Shown one piece after another: positions 19,504 through 28,831 of a stretch of 64,000 nucleotides of DNA. Source of the DNA: Candidatus Woesearchaeota archaeon CG10_big_fil_rev_8_21_14_0_10_44_13 (lineage in GTDB: Archaea; Nanobdellota; Nanobdellia; Woesearchaeales; UBA12501). The first letter of the stretch is position 1, and every line of letters begins with the position of its first letter. Where the stretch lies: assembly GCA_002762985.1 (NCBI GenBank), contig PCXZ01000003.1, forward strand, positions 7,464 through 71,463. The letters are read 5' to 3'. The position numbers and the translations under genes are program-made. The notes beneath the pieces were generated by a model that saw only the letters and a program-made list of their open reading frames with translations, ran no database searches and was not told the DNA's origin.

Positions 19504-20040
19504 ATGGACGAAATCGAAAAGATCATAAGCCTATGGAAGTCAAATATCCTCAATCCATCCTGTTTAAAAAGCTGCGACCATCTCTGCTGCAGTAAGGACT
19601 TCAGTCTTACAGAAGAGCAGGCAAGGCTCATCTTCAGCATAGACGGGAAGATGTATTTTCCATCGGGGAAGAACGGACAGCCGCTCCTCGGGAACAATGA
19701 TGATGCACAGGACGGAAATCCCGAAGGCGATCAGGATATGATTTTCAGGACAAGATTCTCAATTGCAGAGGAATACTGCCCCATGCACAAGGAAGGGAGA
19801 TGCGGCATCTATGATAACCCTCTAAGGCCGAAAATCTGCTCGGATTTCCCGGTCTTCGCTGATGCAGGGATAAGATTGGTCGTCTATGACTCTTCATGTA
19901 GCAGGACAGAGCGGGGATCAGCATTGGCTGTCTTCTCAGAGGCGATCAGGCAGGGATACAGGGTGATAGACTGCGCTGAAGACATGGAGATAACAATAAA
20001 GGACGGCAGGATGCACAAGGGCATCATCGAAAAAAAATAA
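19504..20040 (+). CDS. YkgJ-family cysteine-cluster protein
   Basis: C..SC...CC, followed by CPM....CGIY...RPKICSDFP. Confidence 0.8.
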   Translation: MDEIEKIISLWKSNILNPSCLKSCDHLCCSKDFSLTEEQARLIFSIDGKMYFPSGKNGQPLLGNNDDAQDGNPEGDQDMIFRTRFSIAEEYCPMHKEGRCGIYDNPLRPKICSDFPVFADAGIRLVVYDSSCSRTERGSALAVFSEAIRQGYRVIDCAEDMEITIKDGRMHKGIIEKK

Positions 20041-20071
20041 TGTAAGAATCCAGAATAAGAGTATAAATGGC

Positions 20072-20515
20072 CTAATCATCGTCCCCGTCATCATCTTCTT
20101 CTGCAGCGCCTTTCTTCTTCCCGGCCTTCATCTTCTTCGTTATGCCTATCTTCTTCTTGCACTTGCCGCATTCGAAGACATAAGAAGGCACCCCTTCAAA
20201 AGATTTCCTCTTATAAGGAGTAGTGGCTTCGCCTACATTCCCGCAGAACGGGCAGGCATATTTCACTTCAACAGTCAGCTTAGGCTCATGGACTTCTTTT
20301 GATTCTGTATAAGCACACTCAGGGCACACATAAATCTTTGCCCTGATTTTCTTATGGCCAGTCTCATCTTTAGGCTTGCCCATCTTTGCCTTCCTGCATT
20401 TCGGGCAGTCCATCTTATAGACCCACGCCATTATCTTGCCGTTATTGCCCTCTCCGAATGTTCTCCTTGTGAAATAAACGCATTCGTTTATCGAGCCCGG
20501 TAGTTTCAGTGCCAT
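20072..20515 (-). CDS. Multi-zinc-ribbon hypothetical protein
   Basis: Four CxxC pairs and a basic/acidic tail. Confidence 0.85.
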   Translation of the reverse strand: MALKLPGSINECVYFTRRTFGEGNNGKIMAWVYKMDCPKCRKAKMGKPKDETGHKKIRAKIYVCPECAYTESKEVHEPKLTVEVKYACPFCGNVGEATTPYKRKSFEGVPSYVFECGKCKKKIGITKKMKAGKKKGAAEEDDDGDDD

Positions 20516-20533
20516 GTTATCACCTTCTCTCCC

Positions 20534-20824
20534 TCATTTTTTCCTTATTGCAAAAGATTTTCCCTTCTGGTACCACTTCTTTGCATGGTAATGATAATAT
20601 TTATAGTTGAAATACCTGTATATCTTCTCAAGGTACGGCGCACCCTCAACTCCGCAGATATACGCCCCAAGTACGATCACGGGCCAGCTTATTATATAGA
20701 CTATAAGGCTCAGGTATCTCCATAACCTGCTGTCATAAAAAAGTATGAAGGAGACTGTTGTTATCTTGCCTATGATGAGGCTTACAAGGACAAGCGCCAA
20801 TCCGAGGAAGAGTTTAGGGTTCAT
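20534..20824 (-). CDS. Small membrane protein
   Basis: Two hydrophobic helices. Confidence 0.7.
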   Translation of the reverse strand: MNPKLFLGLALVLVSLIIGKITTVSFILFYDSRLWRYLSLIVYIISWPVIVLGAYICGVEGAPYLEKIYRYFNYKYYHYHAKKWYQKGKSFAIRKK

Positions 20825-20992
20825 TTTGTTGTGGGTGGCGGCGGTTATATATTAATGTTTTCCAGCCTTAGTGCAGTCAAGTTAAGTGTCAAAGCCGCTA
20901 CTGCCTAGCGGAGTCCAAGTTCTAAACAGAGAATTACAAATAAATCTGACGCCCATCAGAATATAGGATAGGCACGGAGCGTGGTGCTGGTC

Positions 20993-21856
20993 TTAAGGCC
21001 CATTACTTGACTGCATTTCCAGCCGTTTAACTTCAATACTCACTGCGTTCTCATCCACCCTTATATCCTTCGGGCAGAGCACGAATTCATAGCCGTTCTT
21101 GCTGCAGTAATCGATGAGCTTCTGCTTCTCTGCATCATTCTTGAACCCGACGACCGCATTAAGGCCTCTTTTTTCAGCATGGAAGACATCAAATCCTTCT
21201 TTTTTCAGGTCTTTCCTGATTTTTTTTGATTTCTCAAGGAAAAACAAAGTCCTTTTTTCTGCATCCTCAAGCTTCTCAAGCAGTTTTTCTGCATCGCCAT
21301 CAAATTCAAGTCCAGGATAGATATCTTCTGTCTTCTCAAAGTATTCTTTCTTATCCGTAGAGATGAATCCTCCTGTGCCCAGGTTCACAGGCTTCCACCT
21401 GCCGAAGCTTCCGACGATGATATCCGAATATTTCCCATTGCACAAACTGTCGTCAGACATTCCTATCGCGCCTGTGGCATCTTCAATCAGCAGACATCTG
21501 TTTTTCCTGCATATTTTTGAGATCTCAGGCATGGGCTGTTCTGCGAAATAGCCTGCGAAGCTTGTGACAATGAAAGCTGCTGCGTCTTTGTCCTTTGTTT
21601 TCTTCTCAAGGTCTTCAAGGTCTATCAATCCCCTGTCTGTCTTCACTTCCACAGCTTCAAGCCCGAACTTCTTGGGATATTTCCTGAAGGATATCCAGCC
21701 ACCTTGGTCAGGTATGAGGACGATCTTCCTTTTACTGATCCTGCTTGCTATGCACAGCGATGCGAGTATAGCAGAATTGCCTGAATTAAGTATTTTGGCA
21801 TGCTTGTGCCTTGTGAGCTCTTTCAGCCTGCCCGTGATCTTTTCTTGGATTTCCAT
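20993..21856 (-). CDS. PLP-dependent transferase, DegT/DnrJ/EryC1/StrS-like
   Basis: NSGNSAI, IPDQGGW, LIEDA, GSFGRWKP (Schiff-base Lys) and G.GGFI. Confidence 0.8.
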   Translation of the reverse strand: MEIQEKITGRLKELTRHKHAKILNSGNSAILASLCIASRISKRKIVLIPDQGGWISFRKYPKKFGLEAVEVKTDRGLIDLEDLEKKTKDKDAAAFIVTSFAGYFAEQPMPEISKICRKNRCLLIEDATGAIGMSDDSLCNGKYSDIIVGSFGRWKPVNLGTGGFISTDKKEYFEKTEDIYPGLEFDGDAEKLLEKLEDAEKRTLFFLEKSKKIRKDLKKEGFDVFHAEKRGLNAVVGFKNDAEKQKLIDYCSKNGYEFVLCPKDIRVDENAVSIEVKRLEMQSSNGP

Positions 21857-21986
21857 AATAAATAAGAACTTAGGCCGATATATAAATCTTATTCGGTTGA
21901 GCATTCACCAATCCAAACTTTTATATACTTCAAAAACACTATATATCATTCATATAGGGGTTGGTTGAAGAGGTGGGAGTCGTGTC

Positions 21987-22271
21987 ATGGAGAGCAAGCC
22001 ACCACAGGATGACCTCGTCAAGAGGATAATCAAGTTTCAGGACGAAGAGATATCAAGATTTCTTAGGGAGAAGATAAATGTCAGAGTTCTCGGCGATATC
22101 GGCGTTATAGTCGATGATTCTGTCCTGCGTTCATTGCGAGAGCCGACAAAGAAAGGCATATTGGCCGGTCTTGAGATTTATCTTAAGGCAAAAGGCAGGG
22201 AAGGGAAACCATTATATCCCATCAGCTTCGATGACATACCCTCTCAACAAAGGCATTATATGATCTTATAA
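21987..22271 (+). CDS. Hypothetical protein
   Basis: 94-aa ORF with upstream GAGGTG SD-like sequence. Confidence 0.55.
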   Translation: MESKPPQDDLVKRIIKFQDEEISRFLREKINVRVLGDIGVIVDDSVLRSLREPTKKGILAGLEIYLKAKGREGKPLYPISFDDIPSQQRHYMIL

Positions 22272-22282
22272 GAGACGAATCA

Positions 22283-22489
22283 ATGCAGAAGCAGATATTT
22301 GATAATATCATCTCTACCCTCCCTGAGAGGGACGCAATGTTCTATTCCCACTATGTCTCTGAGAGATACAGGGAATTTGCTTATAAGGAGTCGTTTCACA
22401 GATATAAGGGAATATTCAGGAAATGCACACTGCCCACATCGATCAACCAATCTTTACGCTATGCCCAGGACGCCCATTCAAAGTCATGA
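22283..22489 (+). CDS. Hypothetical protein (doubtful)
   Basis: 68-aa ORF following 21987..22271. Its 3' end overlaps tyw1. Confidence 0.3.
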   Translation: MQKQIFDNIISTLPERDAMFYSHYVSERYREFAYKESFHRYKGIFRKCTLPTSINQSLRYAQDAHSKS

Positions 22490-23393
22490 GCACAACCCTG
22501 CTCTCTTTCTGCTCATCCACTATCCTGTAATCAGAATGCTTCTCGATCTCCTTCGCGAACTCGACGATATCCTTATGGTAAGGCATATTCGCCTTCTCAA
22601 GCTTCTGCCTTGATGCGCCTACGAACATGTATGCCTTGACCTCGAGGAAATCAGGCTCTGCTTTCTCGATCAGCTTCGCATAATTCTCAGGCTCGGCCAT
22701 ATTATAGCCCTTTACAAGCGTAAGCCTTATCGCAGTCCTTGTCTTCTTCTTCAGCTTCATCCCTTTCAATGCTTCAAGGGACCTATTGAGCCTTTCCCAG
22801 TAATCCTTATTCGATGGCCTGCAGACTTTCTTGTAGATCTTTGCATTCGGCGCAGCCAATGTCATGTAAAGCTGTGTAGGCGGTTCCATCTTCTCCATCA
22901 CTTCAGGAAGCTGGCCGTTCGTTACGACAAAAACAGTGCATTTCCTTTGCTTGAGCTCCCTTATCAGCTCGCTGAGCTTAGGGTAATAAAGCGTCTCTCC
23001 GGTGAGAGAGATCGCAAACTGGTTGGGATTCTGGGCTTCCTTGAGCTTCTGCCTGTCCCTGACCTTCTCATTCCCGCCCATGCCTGAGAGCAGGAGCCTT
23101 TGGTATTTTATGGCGTTCTCTATTATCTCTTTAGGTTCATCTATCTTACTGAAGCCCGAAAACGGCTCATTGTGCCTCTTGCGCCAGCAGAACACGCAGT
23201 CCTGGTCGCAGAAATTCACCGTTACGGATATCTGGCAGCACCTGTGGGATTCGATGCCATAGAACTTCTGCTTGTAGCAATGGCCTTTGTCTGTCAGGCT
23301 CTTCTTCGTCCATGCGCATATCTTCACTGCAGAATGATCTCCTATGAACCTGTACTGCTGTTTTTCAAGCTCTTTCCTGTAAGAACCGCCCAT
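22443..23393 (-). CDS. tyw1: 4-demethylwyosine synthase Tyw1/Taw1 (radical SAM)
   Basis: HSAVKICAWT, CYKQKFYGIESHRC, CDQDCVFCWR, AISLTGE and EVKAYMFVG. Confidence 0.95.
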   Translation of the reverse strand: MGGSYRKELEKQQYRFIGDHSAVKICAWTKKSLTDKGHCYKQKFYGIESHRCCQISVTVNFCDQDCVFCWRKRHNEPFSGFSKIDEPKEIIENAIKYQRLLLSGMGGNEKVRDRQKLKEAQNPNQFAISLTGETLYYPKLSELIRELKQRKCTVFVVTNGQLPEVMEKMEPPTQLYMTLAAPNAKIYKKVCRPSNKDYWERLNRSLEALKGMKLKKKTRTAIRLTLVKGYNMAEPENYAKLIEKAEPDFLEVKAYMFVGASRQKLEKANMPYHKDIVEFAKEIEKHSDYRIVDEQKESRVVLMTLNGRPGHSVKIG

Positions 23394-23410
23394 ATCGCAT
23401 CCTCTTTAAG

Positions 23411-23770
23411 CTAACCCACCATGCATTCTTTGCAGTCCAGCCTGCTGCATGTCTTATTGGTGAATTTCCATCTCAAAGCCCATTTTTTTATGTTCTTTAT
23501 TATGCCTATGAAATCCCCGCCGCTCTTTGTCAGCGAATAATCGCACCTGACTGGAAATGTCCTTGTATCCACCCTTTTTTTCACAAGGCCCTCCTTCTCT
23601 AGCTCCTTAAGCCTTGTTGAGAGTATTTTTGGGGTTATGCCCGGAAGGCTCTTCTTGAGCTCAGAGTACCTTCTTGACGGCTTCCCTTTGCAGAGTTCAA
23701 GCAGTATGAGCAGGGTCCATCTCCTGCCTATGAAATCCGCTGTCCTGTACACTGTGCAGTCCTTGTCCAT
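23411..23770 (-). CDS. HxlR-family transcriptional regulator
   Basis: CTV......IGRRWTLLIL...RYSELKK...GITPKILSTRLKELE. Confidence 0.9.
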   Translation of the reverse strand: MDKDCTVYRTADFIGRRWTLLILLELCKGKPSRRYSELKKSLPGITPKILSTRLKELEKEGLVKKRVDTRTFPVRCDYSLTKSGGDFIGIIKNIKKWALRWKFTNKTCSRLDCKECMVG

Positions 23771-23861
23771 TGTATCCCCCGGTATCTTTCTGGAAACCCG
23801 CACATATTTATATAAGTTTTGCTTTTATACTTAGTATAAAAAAGATACTAAGAGGGGCCAT

Positions 23862-24869
23862 ATGCCTTCAGGACAAAGAACACCTCCAAAGACGCACGGT
23901 AAAGCGGTGCAGAGGACACAGAAGAAGAGGAAGATCATAAGGATTGACGAAAAGAAGTGCAACGGCTGTGGCTTCTGCATGCCGAACTGCCCTGAAGGCG
24001 CCCTCAGAATCATAGACGGAAAGGCCAGGCTTATAAGCGACATATTCTGCGACGGGTTGGGCGCTTGCATAGGCCACTGCCCCCAAGGCGCAATCAGGAT
24101 TGTTGAGAGGGACGCAGAGCCATACAATGAGAGGAAAGTCATGGCGAACATAATCAAGCAGGGAAAGAATGTCATAAAAGCCCATCTCGAGCATCTCAGG
24201 GAGCATGGCGAGACAGGGTATCTGAATTCAGCTTTAGCTTTCCTGAAAGAGAAAAAGATAAAGAATCCCCTGGAAGAGAAAGAGGGGCATGAGAAAGAGA
24301 CAGGCAAAGGGGCGATCAAGGCAGCAAAAGACTGCCCTTCAGGGGATCATTCGCAGTTTTCACAGATAAGGATATGCCCTGGCTCAGCTGAGATGGACCT
24401 CAGGGATAAAAGCAGATCATCAAACCAATCAAATGCGGGCCTTAAGGATGAGATGTCAAACAGACAGGTAAAATCCGGCCACTATGCCCAAAAACAGGAG
24501 TCTATGCTCAGGCAATGGCCCGTGCAGCTGAGTCTTGTCTCGCCCAATGCGTCCTTTTTCAACGATGCGCATCTCCTTGTTTCAGCTGACTGTGTGCCTT
24601 TTGCAAACCCCAATTTCCACTCTGAACTGCTCAAGGGCAGATCGCTAGTGATAGGCTGTCCAAAACTTGATGATGTCGAGCATTATGTTGGGAAACTGAC
24701 AGAGATAATCCGGAACAACAGGATAAAAAGCATAACTGTCGCGATAATGGAAGTCCCATGCTGCTATGGCCTTTATTCTGCAGTCGAGCAGGCTGTGGGC
24801 AATTCAGGGAAGAAGGTGCCATTCGAACAGAAGATAGTCTCTGTGAGCGGAAGCATGGACGGTTCTTGA
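23862..24869 (+). CDS. 4Fe-4S dicluster protein with C-terminal Cys-rich domain
   Basis: CNGCGFCMPNCPEGA, CDGLGACIGHCP, QWPVQL, ADC, GCPKLD and MEVPCC. Confidence 0.92.
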   Translation: MPSGQRTPPKTHGKAVQRTQKKRKIIRIDEKKCNGCGFCMPNCPEGALRIIDGKARLISDIFCDGLGACIGHCPQGAIRIVERDAEPYNERKVMANIIKQGKNVIKAHLEHLREHGETGYLNSALAFLKEKKIKNPLEEKEGHEKETGKGAIKAAKDCPSGDHSQFSQIRICPGSAEMDLRDKSRSSNQSNAGLKDEMSNRQVKSGHYAQKQESMLRQWPVQLSLVSPNASFFNDAHLLVSADCVPFANPNFHSELLKGRSLVIGCPKLDDVEHYVGKLTEIIRNNRIKSITVAIMEVPCCYGLYSAVEQAVGNSGKKVPFEQKIVSVSGSMDGS

Positions 24870-24903
24870 GCAGCAGTGCTGCAGGGATCATAGGAGGTCA
24901 ATC

Positions 24904-25215
24904 ATGAAAAAAAACACGGGAGAAGGCATAAGGCAGATGATAGAATACCCAAAATCAGGCATACTGAGCAAGGATATTTCATCAGAGGATAAGATAGACT
25001 CCACTCTGTTCTGCATGGCCAAGGGGACGAAGATGTCAGAGCACACGTCGACAAAAGAGGGGATATTCTATGTCCTTGACGGCAAAGGCACATTCAACCT
25101 TTCTGGGGCAAGGCATGATATGGTCCCTGGAGCGATAATCCACATGGATAAGAATGCAGTCCATTCTCTCAAGGCAGATGAGAACACAAGCTTTGTCCTT
25201 TTTCTGTTCGATTAA
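24904..25215 (+). CDS. Cupin domain protein
   Basis: MSEHTS....FYVLDGKG.F...HSLKA. Confidence 0.88.
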   Translation: MKKNTGEGIRQMIEYPKSGILSKDISSEDKIDSTLFCMAKGTKMSEHTSTKEGIFYVLDGKGTFNLSGARHDMVPGAIIHMDKNAVHSLKADENTSFVLFLFD

Positions 25216-25386
25216 ACCCCTGTCTGATTAAGCCTGATTGCAAGATTCCGGGGGCATATGCTAAATCCGAGCTAAAACCTGCTCTAAATGCCGTTTAAAA
25301 CCACGTTAAAAACCCCATTAAAAACTAGTTTCATTCAAGAATTGAGTTTCATAAACTATATAAATGACGTAACTAGTTGATTTCTC

Positions 25387-25854
25387 ATGAAAAACAGAAA
25401 CGTCGGCATACTATTGCTTGTAGTCGCCTTGTTCATACTCTTTTTGATCGTATCATACAACAAGGCCATGGAAGACATAGTCAATGCCACATGCACGCAC
25501 GGCCCTGAATGCTCGATGTATAAGACGATAGGCGTCCAGAAGACGATAAGCTACAGCCTCATAGGCATGCTCATAGCAGCAAGCCTTTATGTGATAATCT
25601 TCCTGAAAGACAGGACTATGCCCGGGCAATCAGCCCCGAAACCGTCAAAGAAAGTGCTTGAAGGCCTTGACAACACAGAGAAAAAGATACTGGACCTTGT
25701 TTCGAGAAGCGAAGGTTCAATGTACCAGAGCGACATCATGAAAGAAACCGGGTTCTCAAAGGTCAAGGTCACAAGGGTGCTTGACAGGCTCGAGGCAAAA
25801 GGCCTCACCGAGAGAAAAAGGAGGGGAATGACGAATATTGTCGTTCTCAGGTGA
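25387..25854 (+). CDS. Membrane-anchored winged-helix transcriptional regulator
   Basis: Two TM helices flanking CTHGPECSM. C-terminal YQSDI...GFSKVKVTRVLDRLE...RRGMTN. Confidence 0.85.
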   Translation: MKNRNVGILLLVVALFILFLIVSYNKAMEDIVNATCTHGPECSMYKTIGVQKTISYSLIGMLIAASLYVIIFLKDRTMPGQSAPKPSKKVLEGLDNTEKKILDLVSRSEGSMYQSDIMKETGFSKVKVTRVLDRLEAKGLTERKRRGMTNIVVLR

Positions 25855-25981
25855 CTTAAAAAGATGGATGAAACCAATTTCTCAGTTATATATATAAGTT
25901 GTTTCAATTCTATGCCCTTCATTGGGTTTTAGGATAATCAGTTTAAGATGATAAAAAATAACAAAGATTCGGAGGCAAAAA

Positions 25982-26188
25982 ATGAAAAAACTTGAATTCA
26001 ATGTTGAAGGCATGCACTGCAGGAGCTGCGGCATGATAATAGAGGAGAACCTGAAGGATATCGGTGTTGACAAAGCAGAGGTATCGCAGGAAAAAGGCAG
26101 GGTCATCGTGACATTCGATGAAAGCAAGGTGAATCCTGCCCAGATAAGGAAGGCCATAGAGAAAGACGGCTATAAGATCAAGAAATAG
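25982..26188 (+). CDS. copZ: Heavy-metal-associated chaperone (CopZ-like)
   Basis: VEGMHCRSC HMA motif in a 68-aa protein. Confidence 0.88.
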   Translation: MKKLEFNVEGMHCRSCGMIIEENLKDIGVDKAEVSQEKGRVIVTFDESKVNPAQIRKAIEKDGYKIKK

Positions 26189-26212
26189 GAAAAACAACAG
26201 GAGAAAAACAAA

Positions 26213-27709
26213 ATGAGCGGAAAGATAATAACAAAAGGATTCATCGCAGAGGGCATGACATGCACTTCATGCGAGAAGGTAATAGAAAGGCAGGCTTTCA
26301 AGGTCAAAGGGGTCAAGAGCATAAAGATAGACTACTCCACACAGGAAGGCACTGTAACATTCGACAGCGCAAGGACAGACATTGACACGATCCTGAGCAG
26401 GATAGAGGAGAAAGGATACACCTGCTATATACTGAAAGAACCCGGGCAATCTGGGCAGAGCAGCAATTCCAGCAATCCCCTCGGATGGGTATTCTGGCTG
26501 ATAGGCCTGTTCATTGCAGGTTATTTCATACTCAAGCTTGTCGAGGGGATAAATCTTCCCGAAATAAGCCAGAACATGGGGTATGGGCTGTTGTTCGTCG
26601 TGGGGCTTCTCACAGGATTCCACTGCGTAGCAATGTGCGGCGGTTTTGTTGTCTCATACACGGCAAAAGACGCCAAAGAAGGAAGAAAACCCCATATGTC
26701 GCATTTTATGTACGGCCTGGGGAAGGTCATCTCTTATACAGTCATAGGCGCATTGTTCGGCCTTCTGGGGTCCATAATAGCATTCACGCCTTTCATGAGA
26801 GGGGTAGCAGGAGTGATAGCAGGATTGTTCCTCATACTGTTCGGGCTTAACATGCTCAATGTGTTCCCTGCGCTTAGGAAGATACAGTTCAGGACGCCTA
26901 AGTTCATAGCCAAATTTGTGGGAGAAGAGACAAGAGAGAGCTCAAGCCCGCTTGTGATAGGGCTATTGAACGGCCTCATGATAGCATGCGGCCCATTGCA
27001 GGCGATGTATGTGATGGCAGCAGGCACAGGCAGCATGATCGAAGGAGCGAAACTGCTGTTCGTTTTCGGCCTGGGCACACTTCCTGTCATGCTCGGCTTC
27101 GGCTATCTGACAACATTCATCTCAAGCAAGATGACACATAAGATACTGAAGGCATCAGGCATAATAGTCATAATACTTGGAGCGATAATGCTCAACAGAG
27201 GCCTGGCATTGGCCGGCACGGGCTATGATTTCGGGAGCATACTGGCTGCCGTTTCAATAAGCCAAGGAGGCCTGGATTCAGGTGCAGATTCATCAGGGAC
27301 AAACAACCTAAATAACATCGCAGTACAGAAAGACGGCTATCAGGAGATAAGGATGGATGTCACAGCAAGAGGATGGGAGCCTGACAAGTTCGTCCTTAAG
27401 ACAGGCGTTCCTGTAAGATGGATAATAAACGGTAAGCTCATCACAGGATGCAATAATGCGATAATTGTTCCGAAGTACGGCCTCAACTTCAAGATAAAGC
27501 CAGGGGAGCAGGTCATCGAATTTACGCCGACAGCATCAGGCACTATACCCTGGAGCTGCTGGATGGGGATGATAAGAGGGACATTCATAGTGAAGGATGA
27601 CATAACAAACAGCGCTGATGTGCAAAAGGAACTGAACACAGTCCAGACACCTAAAGGGGGCTCTTGCGGCATGGCTGGCGGAAGCTGCTCATGCGGCGGA
27701 GCAAGATGA
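26213..27709 (+). CDS. HMA + DsbD_2/TauE-like membrane domain + cupredoxin-like fusion protein
   Basis: GMTCTSC, GFHCVAMCGG, ACGPLQ, FGLGTLP and WSCWMGM. Confidence 0.9.
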   Translation: MSGKIITKGFIAEGMTCTSCEKVIERQAFKVKGVKSIKIDYSTQEGTVTFDSARTDIDTILSRIEEKGYTCYILKEPGQSGQSSNSSNPLGWVFWLIGLFIAGYFILKLVEGINLPEISQNMGYGLLFVVGLLTGFHCVAMCGGFVVSYTAKDAKEGRKPHMSHFMYGLGKVISYTVIGALFGLLGSIIAFTPFMRGVAGVIAGLFLILFGLNMLNVFPALRKIQFRTPKFIAKFVGEETRESSSPLVIGLLNGLMIACGPLQAMYVMAAGTGSMIEGAKLLFVFGLGTLPVMLGFGYLTTFISSKMTHKILKASGIIVIILGAIMLNRGLALAGTGYDFGSILAAVSISQGGLDSGADSSGTNNLNNIAVQKDGYQEIRMDVTARGWEPDKFVLKTGVPVRWIINGKLITGCNNAIIVPKYGLNFKIKPGEQVIEFTPTASGTIPWSCWMGMIRGTFIVKDDITNSADVQKELNTVQTPKGGSCGMAGGSCSCGGAR

Positions 27710-27757
27710 ACACAGAACAATGAGAGATAAGACGACAAAAGATGAGGTAAGATTGCA

Positions 27758-28285
27758 ATGAGCGGATGCCATAAACATAACAATGCCGACCAAGGAAAGA
27801 AGACAAGCCCTCTTCTACTAGCCATCGGAGTGATTGTGGTCCTGGCCTTGATTTTTTTTGTCAGGAATCAGGGAAAAGATGATGGTAGAAGCATACAGCA
27901 GATATCTGTGGAAACAGAAAAATCTGCGGCAGCAGGAAACAGCAGTGATTATGTGAGGATCCCCCTGTCCGAACTGTCATCAACACTGAAAAAGTACACC
28001 TATGATGTGAATGGTGTGCAGGTGAGATTCTTTGCCGTTTTAGGCAGCGACGGCAAGGCCAGGACAGCGATTGATGCCTGCGATGTCTGCGGAGGATACG
28101 GCTATATCCAGGAAGGAGGAGATGTCTCATGCAAAAAATGCGGAAGATCCTTCGGCATAGATGATATAGGCACAAAAAACACGCCTGGAGGATGCTGGCC
28201 GAGCTATCTTGCGAACTCTGTCGATGGGGATTATGTTTCCATAGGCAAAAAGGACCTCGAAAAAGCAGCCAGCAGGTTCGCATGA
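27758..28285 (+). CDS. DUF2318-like membrane-anchored Fe-S protein
   Basis: DACDVC...GY.Q......CKKCG...GGCWP. Confidence 0.82.
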   Translation: MSGCHKHNNADQGKKTSPLLLAIGVIVVLALIFFVRNQGKDDGRSIQQISVETEKSAAAGNSSDYVRIPLSELSSTLKKYTYDVNGVQVRFFAVLGSDGKARTAIDACDVCGGYGYIQEGGDVSCKKCGRSFGIDDIGTKNTPGGCWPSYLANSVDGDYVSIGKKDLEKAASRFA

Positions 28286-28408
28286 AGATTTTGCAGATCC
28301 TCGCTCCTGACCATTCGTCTAAAAGGAAATAATCAAGATACAATAACTTAAACGATTAATGACCAGAAATTCATAAAGTTTAAATAGTTGAACGAGTTTT
28401 CAACCATT

Positions 28409-28753
28409 ATGGCAGAGATAGACAGGAGGATAACACAGTTTTTTTCGGCACTTGCCGACGAAACAAGGCTTAAGATACTCTTGAGCATCTTAGACAAGCC
28501 AAAGACTGTGAATGATATTTACAGCGAGGTAGGCAGGGAGAATATGACCTTGTCAGCCATATCCCATCAATTGAGGCAGATGAATGATATGGGCATGGTC
28601 GCATATGAGAAAAAAGGAAGGGAGAGGCACTTCAGGCTGTCAGACAATTTTTGCTGGTGCATACTGAGAAGCGCCATGTCACATTTCGGATCAAAGGCAA
28701 AATGCGAGGAATGCTCAAAAAAGCTGAGGATAAAAAACAGCAAGATAAGATGA
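28409..28753 (+). CDS. ArsR/SmtB metalloregulator
   Basis: FSALADETRLKIL...SAISHQLR with C-terminal Cys residues. Confidence 0.9.
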   Translation: MAEIDRRITQFFSALADETRLKILLSILDKPKTVNDIYSEVGRENMTLSAISHQLRQMNDMGMVAYEKKGRERHFRLSDNFCWCILRSAMSHFGSKAKCEECSKKLRIKNSKIR

Positions 28754-28831
28754 AAATATGATAAAAAACAATAAAAACAATAAAAACAATAAAAAATACA
28801 TAATGGACATACCTTAACGGGAGGAAAAATC

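Noticed and set aside
28762-28797. AAAAACAAT tandem repeat as a contingency locus
   Set aside because: Only three units, intergenic and low-complexity, with no evidence of function.
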